A stretch of DNA of 32,000 nt from Candidatus Atelocyanobacterium thalassa isolate ALOHA (GTDB lineage Bacteria; Cyanobacteriota; Cyanobacteriia; Cyanobacteriales; Microcystaceae). Made by a program: the position numbers and the translations under genes. The notes beneath the pieces were generated by a model that did no database searches, had not been told where the DNA came from, and saw only the letters and a program-made list of their open reading frames with translations. The first letter of the stretch is position 1, and every line of letters starts with the position of its first letter. Of this stretch, positions 25,405 to 32,000 are shown one piece after another. Location: positions 1,200,001-1,232,000 of the forward strand of contig NC_013771.1 in NCBI RefSeq assembly GCF_000025125.1, in the 5' to 3' direction.

Positions 25405-25478
25405 TGGCTCAAGGGTGATTTGAACACCCGACCTTGGGCTTATGAGTCCCCTGCTCTAACCAACTGAGCTACTGAGCC
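25405..25478 (-). tRNA. tRNA with CAU anticodon (elongator Met, or Ile2 after lysidine modification)
   Basis: The reverse complement is GGCTCAGTAGCTCAGTTGGTTAGAGCAGGGGACTCATAAGCCCAAGGTCGGGTGTTCAAATCACCCTTGAGCCA. It folds as a cloverleaf with a 7-bp acceptor stem, GCTC/GAGC D stem and GGGTG/CACCC T stem with a TTCAAAT loop. The anticodon loop is CTCATAA. G1-C72 excludes a bacterial initiator. CCA is not encoded. Confidence 0.9.
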
Positions 25479-25602
25479 AATAATGCACAAATATAATATA
25501 ACATAACAAGAGTGATGGTATATCTAATTTTGTAAAAAATTAAACATTGTTATAATTAAATACGATATTTTATTGTACTAGCAGATCAAGAAAAGAAATT
25601 AA

Positions 25603-27015
25603 TTATCTAGTTTTAGGTAGAAAAGCCATTGGGTTTTGCGCACCTCTTCCTCTAAGATGAATTTCATAATGAAGGTGTGGCCCTGTGCTGTAACCTGTAC
25701 TACCCATTTCAGCTATCTTTTGTCCTTGATTTACTTTTTGTCCTCTTCGTACCAAAATACGACTGTTATGAGCATATAAACTTATACTTCCATCGGGATG
25801 GCGAATTCTAAGTAGATTTCCATACCCTCCTGAACTCCACCCAGCACTAATAACTTCTCCAGAAGCTGAAGCCATAATAGGAGTACCGGTAGGAGCTGCA
25901 ATATCTATGCCTTTATGCATTCTTCCCCAACGACGTCCAAAGCCTGAAGTTACTACTCCCTTACTTGGCCATATGTGTCCAGTATATTTAGCCGGAACAC
26001 TAGGTAAATATTTATCAGGATTAGATACCTTAGGGAGACTAGGGTTAATGTCTGTTTCTAATGGAATTTGAAAAGTATTATTATAAACATCTACATAACT
26101 AGGAACTGTACTTATTAATTTAGATTTTTGGATATTAAATGGTTGTATATTTTTATGTAATTTTTTTTGATGTGTGTTTTTATTTAAATCTTTATATGAT
26201 CTTTTATGTTCAGAAACGCCTGATCCTGTTGTTTGAAGTTCATTATTTTTAACAAGACTTCTTGACAATTGATTTTTTTTATTTCCATTTATTGAAATTT
26301 GTTTTGGAATTACTAATGTTTGATTAACTTTTATAAAATTAGCATTAGTAATATGGTTTGCATTTATTAACTCCGATGCTGAGATGCCATAATGACTAGC
26401 TATACTGTTAAGAGTATCTCCTGGAAGAACTTTATAGTTTTCTTCATTCATACCAATTGGAGATTGTGAGAAAGCTGATTTTACATCTTTAATTAAAGTT
26501 ATTTCAGATATATTTTTATGAGTATATATATTTCCAATATTTTCTGAAGTTTTTGGTTGTATTATTTTCGCTATATATTTGAATGATGTAACACTATTTT
26601 TAGTTATTAGATTATTGTTGGCTTCAAAAGATTTATTAAAAACAATTTCATTTATGTCTCGAAAACTGTTAACTGGTTTATAATCAATAATTTTTGTTTT
26701 AGAGTTAATACCTGTAGAGCTTTTTGGAACAATTTTTTTGTTTGAATTTTTAATAGATGGAATTTTTATAGTTCTTTCTGACTCAAGTTCAGCTTTAATG
26801 TTTGAAAAACTCACAGCTAGAGCTATTTCAGTTTTAACCGCAAGTATGCCTACATAAATAGCTAAGCTAAATATAACTGTAGAGTGACAAAGATTACTTT
26901 TTTTGTTTGAAGTTATTTTATTGATGTATACCTGAGGGCAAAAAATATTCTTTAATTTTATGTATTCTAATAAACTAGAATACGCTGTTATTATTTTATT
27001 TGACTTATCTTTCAA
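25603..27015 (-). CDS. LysM domain-containing M23 family metallopeptidase
   Basis: 470 aa. The TTG start is supported by a GGGAGG Shine-Dalgarno (cctccc on plus, 27022-27027) 6 nt upstream. One N-terminal transmembrane helix is followed by a LysM domain (YKVLPGDTLNSIASHYGISASELINANH). The C-terminal M23 motifs are HKGIDIAAPTGTPI and GPHLHYEIH. Confidence 0.9.
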   Translation of the reverse strand: MKDKSNKIITAYSSLLEYIKLKNIFCPQVYINKITSNKKSNLCHSTVIFSLAIYVGILAVKTEIALAVSFSNIKAELESERTIKIPSIKNSNKKIVPKSSTGINSKTKIIDYKPVNSFRDINEIVFNKSFEANNNLITKNSVTSFKYIAKIIQPKTSENIGNIYTHKNISEITLIKDVKSAFSQSPIGMNEENYKVLPGDTLNSIASHYGISASELINANHITNANFIKVNQTLVIPKQISINGNKKNQLSRSLVKNNELQTTGSGVSEHKRSYKDLNKNTHQKKLHKNIQPFNIQKSKLISTVPSYVDVYNNTFQIPLETDINPSLPKVSNPDKYLPSVPAKYTGHIWPSKGVVTSGFGRRWGRMHKGIDIAAPTGTPIMASASGEVISAGWSSGGYGNLLRIRHPDGSISLYAHNSRILVRRGQKVNQGQKIAEMGSTGYSTGPHLHYEIHLRGRGAQNPMAFLPKTR

Positions 27016-27479
27016 GAGTAACCTCCCAGCAATGAACGAGCAATTTAGACTATTGAAAGTTTACTAGAATAACTTTTTAATAAGTATATCTACCACAAAA
27101 AAGTAGTTGGAATCTGATAATTAAATCAATATTTCCAGCAGATGTACTCTAAAAAAATTAACTTATTCTATTTTTAGTAAGCAACAGTTAATTATAGTCT
27201 ACTCAGAAAGTTTTATCTGTTGATTATAACCTATTTGCTAGTTCTTAATTTATTATTAGTTTTGGCTAGAAATTTATAATTTCCTTAAAAATAAAAGACG
27301 GTTAAGTATACAAAATGTTTCGCTAGTAATTATCTATTTGTTAAAGGAACAAATAATTAAGAACTGTTGTTCAACATCTTTAATAATTTATAGAAACTGA
27401 TGACCATACCAATAAATAGAAATTAAACATTTAGGATATGGCTTAATGTCTCTTTTTAATAAGCATTAATAAAGAAGAT

Positions 27480-27517
27480 ATATAATTGTTTCCTTTTTAA
27501 AAAGGAAACAATTATAT
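27480..27517. repeat. 38-nt perfect palindrome, a possible gshA terminator
   Basis: atataattgtttccttttt is joined directly to aaaaaggaaacaattatat, giving 19 + 19 nt with no spacer. It lies 24 nt beyond the gshA stop on the minus strand. Confidence 0.5.
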
Positions 27518-27540
27518 CTTTGCAACAATATATTATTTAA

Positions 27541-28674
27541 TTAATTAAAAAGTTTGTTTTCTAAAACTTTTTCTTGATATGTAATAGCTTCTATCTCTCT
27601 ACTAATAATTGAGGTAATACTATTACCTAGTCGATATTTGTGTAACCATTGCTGGGCAAGGTTTCCGTCTTGTAAAATCTTTTTTATAGGAATTAGGAAA
27701 CGACTAAACCCATTCCGTTTTGCAATTGGAAAAACTTCTTGGTAAAGTTCTTCAATCCACTTTTTGGCTTCAATTTTACTACCATCTTTCCAATTATATA
27801 ATCTAGCATTTAAGCTACGTTTAGCCACTTCCAATTCATTTTGTTGAGTAATATAAAGTAATGCTTCAGTGGACAGTTGGCTTTTTAAGAGAGGGTTCAA
27901 GGAATTAGGATTTTCTAATAATTGCAAAAGACGTGCTTCTAATAGAGCGACAACAGATAATAAAGAAATTGGGTCAATAATTAAATCACAAATTCTCAAT
28001 TCTAAACGGTTTAAACGGTAAGGGCGATCACAACCATTTGGTCGCACAGAAGTCCAAAAATGACGAACATTTTGCATATTTTGAGAAGCTAATTGTTTTT
28101 CCGTCCAAGTAATAAAATGAGCATGATTTGTGAAAAAAGGTACTTTTTGAGGAGTCTGTGGAAACATATGCCAACGAGTTGAATGGAAACCCGTCACTTT
28201 TCCACCCAAAAAAGGAGAAGATGCACTTAAAGCTAGAAAGAGGGGAGCTTCTACCCTCACTAGATTATAAGCATCTATTAATGTTTCTGGATTATCAATT
28301 CCTATATTAATATGAATACTTGCTGTTACGACGTCTGTTCCGTAGGTATTTTCAATATAGCTATGATAAGAATTATTAGGATCAGAACGGTAAAATTGGT
28401 CCACATTATCTCCTAAAGATAATGTACTACCTGGTACTATAGTATAGTCACCAATGTCTTGTAGGTAACCCCTTAAGCGTTTTCGGGGATTAATCAGAGC
28501 ATATAGTAAATTATCATAATATAGTAAAGGTACAGTAATATATTCAACATTACGGCTATCAGGCTCTCTTACAAATCCATTAAGCTCTTTAGTAATACGA
28601 TCAGATAACCCTACAATTTTTCCTTGGGATGTGCCTGTATATATTTCGACTTCAATACCCTTAGATAGTCGCAT
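27541..28674 (-). CDS. gshA: Glutamate--cysteine ligase (cyanobacterial GshA type)
   Basis: 377 aa. The N-terminus KGIEVEIYTGTSQGKIVGLSDRI...FVREPDSRNVEYIT and the motif LELRICD fit my recollection of cyanobacterial GshA. The family call is less certain than the coding call. Confidence 0.75.
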   Translation of the reverse strand: MRLSKGIEVEIYTGTSQGKIVGLSDRITKELNGFVREPDSRNVEYITVPLLYYDNLLYALINPRKRLRGYLQDIGDYTIVPGSTLSLGDNVDQFYRSDPNNSYHSYIENTYGTDVVTASIHINIGIDNPETLIDAYNLVRVEAPLFLALSASSPFLGGKVTGFHSTRWHMFPQTPQKVPFFTNHAHFITWTEKQLASQNMQNVRHFWTSVRPNGCDRPYRLNRLELRICDLIIDPISLLSVVALLEARLLQLLENPNSLNPLLKSQLSTEALLYITQQNELEVAKRSLNARLYNWKDGSKIEAKKWIEELYQEVFPIAKRNGFSRFLIPIKKILQDGNLAQQWLHKYRLGNSITSIISREIEAITYQEKVLENKLFN

Positions 28675-28845
28675 AATTACACCGTGGTTCCTCTAATATT
28701 TTGGTTTCTTGCATCCTCTTGTTGCCTATATTATTATCAATGATTTTATCAATAACTATTAATTATTACTAATGATTTTCTTCATTAGTAATATTTGTTA
28801 AATAAATTTTGATATGTTTTGAGTAAAATTAATACTTATTTTCAG

Positions 28846-30234
28846 TTAACCATTTATTATTTTTTTTATTTGATTAAGCTTGTTGACTGTATAAGGAGCA
28901 TATCGCCACCCTAAATCTAACCATAATCCCTTTTTTAAAACACTTTTTTTATGAGTAAAAGTGTCAAAACTACTTTTACCATGATAGTTGCCCATCCCAC
29001 TATTCCCTACGCCACCAAAAGGTAAGTCGGGAATGCTGATTTGCATGACAGTATCGTTAATACAAACACCTCCAGAGGAAGTTTGGTCTAGAAATTGATT
29101 TTGTTTAATACGATCATTTGAAAATACATATATTGCTAGTGGCTTGGGTTGACTCCTGATATATGCGACTGTTTCCTCTAAATTTTCATAAGAAAGAACA
29201 GGAAGAATAGGGCCAAAAATTTCTTCTTGCATTACAGCATCATTGAGACTAACGTTATCTAAAATAGTGGGAGCAATGTATAAGCTTTCCAGGCTAGTTT
29301 CACCACCTATAATTATAGTACCGTTCTCTAAAAATTTTTTAAGGCGAGAGAAATGAGAAGAATTAACTATACGACCATAATCAGAACTTTCATAAGGATT
29401 ATCACCATAAAAATTATATATTTGTTGTTTTAATAATTTTAAAAATACTTTTTTAACTTTAGAGTTAACCCATAAATAGTCCGGAGCAATACAAGTTTGC
29501 CCTGCGTTAATAAACTTTCCCCAAACAATTCTTTTAGCAGCAATTTCCAGGTTTATGTCAGTGTCAACGATACAAGGGCTTTTACCGCCTAATTCAAGAG
29601 TAACAGGGGTTAAGTGATTAGCAGCAGCTTTCATGATCGTTTTGCCTACAGCACTGCTACCAGTAAAAAATATATGATCAAACTTTTCAGTTAAAAGTTG
29701 TTTACAAGTATTAACATCTCCTTCTACTGCCGCAATATAATTAGGAGAAAAGTATGAATTTATTAATTGGAAAATTGCACTTGAAGTTTTAGGAGCGTGT
29801 TCAGAAGGCTTCAGTATTACACAATTACCAGCCGCGATCGCTCCTACTAAAGGTGATATTGTTAGCTGAAAAGGATAGTTCCAAGAGCCTATAATCAAAA
29901 CTACTCCCAGAGGCTCAGGCTGGATCCAAGCAGTTGAAGGGAATTGCTCTAAAGGAGTTTGAACTCGATGAGGTCTCATCCAATTCTTTAATTTTTTAAT
30001 TGCTAATTTGATTTCGCTTAATGTAGCAATTTCAAAATAAGCTTCAAAGCTAGGACGACCTAAATCAGATTTAGTAGCATCAATAATAAGTTCTTGATGC
30101 TCTAATATAGCTTTTCGTAAAAGTTTTAGTTGACTTAAACGGAAATCAATAGACTGAGTTTCACCACTTTGAAAAAATTCTCTCTGTTGGTTGACTAATT
30201 TTTTAGCTGAGACCTGTAAAGTTTTTATAGCCAT
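28846..30234 (-). CDS. Aldehyde dehydrogenase (class-3-like ALDH)
   Basis: 462 aa. Motifs are FTGSSAVGK, the catalytic Glu in LELGGKSP, the catalytic Cys in NAGQTCIAPDY, and EEIFGPILP. Confidence 0.92.
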   Translation of the reverse strand: MAIKTLQVSAKKLVNQQREFFQSGETQSIDFRLSQLKLLRKAILEHQELIIDATKSDLGRPSFEAYFEIATLSEIKLAIKKLKNWMRPHRVQTPLEQFPSTAWIQPEPLGVVLIIGSWNYPFQLTISPLVGAIAAGNCVILKPSEHAPKTSSAIFQLINSYFSPNYIAAVEGDVNTCKQLLTEKFDHIFFTGSSAVGKTIMKAAANHLTPVTLELGGKSPCIVDTDINLEIAAKRIVWGKFINAGQTCIAPDYLWVNSKVKKVFLKLLKQQIYNFYGDNPYESSDYGRIVNSSHFSRLKKFLENGTIIIGGETSLESLYIAPTILDNVSLNDAVMQEEIFGPILPVLSYENLEETVAYIRSQPKPLAIYVFSNDRIKQNQFLDQTSSGGVCINDTVMQISIPDLPFGGVGNSGMGNYHGKSSFDTFTHKKSVLKKGLWLDLGWRYAPYTVNKLNQIKKIING

Positions 30235-30411
30235 AGAAAACTTCCTAGAAATAATTTCTATAAGGTAAATTAATTCTCAACTTAACCTTACCAGAAACTT
30301 GTTGAAAAACTTAAATTGTATAAAAAAATGCTTATCTTTACTCTAGGATATCTGTGACCTTCTCAAGGTAAAATAAAAATGAAAAATCATAATAAGTAAT
30401 TAAAAATATAC

Positions 30412-31884
30412 ATGAACATTTATGGAAGTGATACCTCTTTATTAGACTGGACAGGAGATACAGTTGCCATTGGCTTGTTTGAAAACGAAATAAATTTAAT
30501 CGGAGAATTAGACCAGTTAAATAATAAAACTAAAGGAACCTTACAAGAACTAATAGATGAAACAAAGTTTGAAGGAAAAGTAGGTCGTATCATATTCACT
30601 CGCCTTGGAGGTAGCGCTTCTATTCGTAAAATTCTTTTAGTTGGCTTGGGGAAGTCTGAAGAGTTTACCCTAAATAGTTTACGCTTAAGCATTGCTTCCG
30701 TTGCTCGGTTTTCAAAAAAAGAACATATTCAAACTTTATGTTTGCAATTTCCTATTTTTAATAATAATCCTAGCTTAACTGCAGAAGTTATTACTGAAGG
30801 ATTGTTGTTATCTTTACATCAAGACAATAGATTTAAATCTAATTCAGACGATAAACTTGTAGAATTAAAAACTATTGACATTTTAGGAATTGGAGAGCAA
30901 AAAGATGCTATTAGTCGTGCTCAAATAATTTGTTCCGGAGTAATCATGGCAAGAGAATTAGTAAATGCTCCTGCTAACTATATCAACCCCATAACTTTCA
31001 CTGAAGTTGCTAAAAAACTGGCAAATGAGTACGATTTAGAAATCGAAATTTTAGAACAAGATGAATGCGCAAAACTTGGGATGGGTGCTTTCTTGGGAGT
31101 TGCACAAGCATCAGATTTACCTCCTAAATTTATTCACTTAACATATAAGTCAAAAGATATAGCTAAACGTAAAATAGCTATTATAGGTAAAAGTTTGACC
31201 TTTGATTCAGGAGGACTTAATTTAAAAGGTTCTAGTAGTGGAATTGAAGTAATGAAAATGGATATGGGAGGAGGTGCAGCTACTTTAGGCGTTGCTAAAG
31301 CTATTGCTCAACTCAAGCCAAATATAGAAGTACACTTTATTTGTGCTGTAACAGAAAATATGATTAGTGGATGTGCAATACATCCTGGTGATGTATTGAC
31401 CGCATCTAACGGTAAAACAATTGAAGTCAACAATACAGATGCTGAAGGGCGTTTAACCTTAGCGGACGCTCTGGTATTTGCTGAAAAACTAGAAGTGGAT
31501 AGTATCTTAGACATAGCAACTTTGACTGGTGCTTGTATTGTGGCACTAGGAGATAATATTTCTGGATTATGGAGTACAGATAATAATTTAATCAACGAAA
31601 TAAAAATTGCATCTGAAAAGTCAGGGGAGCAATTTTGGCAAATGCCAATGGAAGATAAATATTTTGAAGGTTTAAAATCCTCTATTGCTGACATGAAAAA
31701 TACAGGACCAAGGGCTGGAGGATCCATTACAGCAGCTCTATTTTTAAAGCAATTTGTCGAAAAAACTCCTTGGCTACATTTGGATATAGCTGGAACAGCT
31801 TGGATTGACAAAGAAAATGGAGTTAATAATGCTGGAGCAACAGGTGTTCCAGTACGTACTATTGTTAATTGGCTGACGGATTAA
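30412..31884 (+). CDS. pepA: Leucyl aminopeptidase (M17)
   Basis: 490 aa. Motifs are [23 protein letters not shown] and [14 protein letters not shown]. Confidence 0.95.
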   Translation: MNIYGSDTSLLDWTGDTVAIGLFENEINLIGELDQLNNKTKGTLQELIDETKFEGKVGRIIFTRLGGSASIRKILLVGLGKSEEFTLNSLRLSIASVARFSKKEHIQTLCLQFPIFNNNPSLTAEVITEGLLLSLHQDNRFKSNSDDKLVELKTIDILGIGEQKDAISRAQIICSGVIMARELVNAPANYINPITFTEVAKKLANEYDLEIEILEQDECAKLGMGAFLGVAQASDLPPKFIHLTYKSKDIAKRKIAIIGKSLTFDSGGLNLKGSSSGIEVMKMDMGGGAATLGVAKAIAQLKPNIEVHFICAVTENMISGCAIHPGDVLTASNGKTIEVNNTDAEGRLTLADALVFAEKLEVDSILDIATLTGACIVALGDNISGLWSTDNNLINEIKIASEKSGEQFWQMPMEDKYFEGLKSSIADMKNTGPRAGGSITAALFLKQFVEKTPWLHLDIAGTAWIDKENGVNNAGATGVPVRTIVNWLTD

Positions 31885-31906
31885 ACTTAAAAATATACAT
31901 TTTAGG

Positions 31907-31949
31907 AAGCTATGTAATAAGTAATATTATTTTATTTGTTACATAGCTT
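31907..31949 (+). terminator. Hairpin downstream of pepA
   Basis: A perfect 11-bp stem joins aagctatgtaa (31907-31917) to ttacatagctt (31939-31949). The loop is large at 21 nt and there is no clean T tract. Confidence 0.35.
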
Positions 31950-32000
31950 ATCTTATCTGTGAAATTGCTTCTTTAGTCATTTGTGCTATTGCTTTATCTG

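Noticed and set aside
29834-29841. Single HIP1-like octamer GCGATCGC
   Set aside because: It lies inside the aldehyde dehydrogenase coding region, where it encodes part of AIAAGN. It is the only copy I noticed and I did not scan exhaustively, so it fits a relic of the cyanobacterial HIP1 bias better than a functional site.
30420-31811. Antisense ORFs 30420-30692 and 31308-31811 inside pepA
   Set aside because: They lie opposite a clear M17 aminopeptidase gene. The 167-aa one is long only because the complement of pepA codons happens to avoid stop codons.
1-32000. Search for CRISPR arrays, IS elements, integrases, phage genes or defence islands
   Set aside because: I saw no regularly spaced direct repeats and no transposase- or integrase-like ORFs. 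No GC-skewed island stands out, and every large ORF has a housekeeping or conserved cyanobacterial assignment.

Overview
This is a very AT-rich (about 30% GC by eye), gene-dense cyanobacterial chromosomal segment with about 27 protein genes and one tRNA. The lineage call rests on cyanobacterium-typical genes: ftrV, a CRR7-like NDH factor, DUF4079, RRM-type Rbp proteins, cofG, and ycf46 with ycf35. The other genes are housekeeping or envelope functions: miaB, SpoIID, a DUF2233 phosphodiester glycosidase, murJ, a LysM-M23 peptidase, fabZ, hypE, yggS, smpB, htpG, gshA, an aldehyde dehydrogenase and pepA. Extreme AT bias, several non-ATG starts, homopolymer-linked frame breaks and orphaned genes (hypE, fabZ, yggS, one ABC binding protein) suggest a reduced-genome lineage. 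A UCYN-A-like or diatom spheroid-body-like organism is only a guess. I saw no CRISPR array, transposase, integrase, phage or recognisable defence genes. The best second-look items are: (1) a T7 tract that splits an ATG plus signal-peptide start from the FAD-oxidoreductase body, with weaker parallels at two other exported-protein genes; (2) an RHH / Ycf46 AAA+ / DUF1257 cassette with a promoter-proximal palindrome; (3) two tandem rbp paralogs that share leader boxes, one with eroded RNP motifs; (4) two small ORFs missing from the track; (5) several long AT hairpins in unusually long spacers. All family calls come from motif recognition by eye, and no searches were run.
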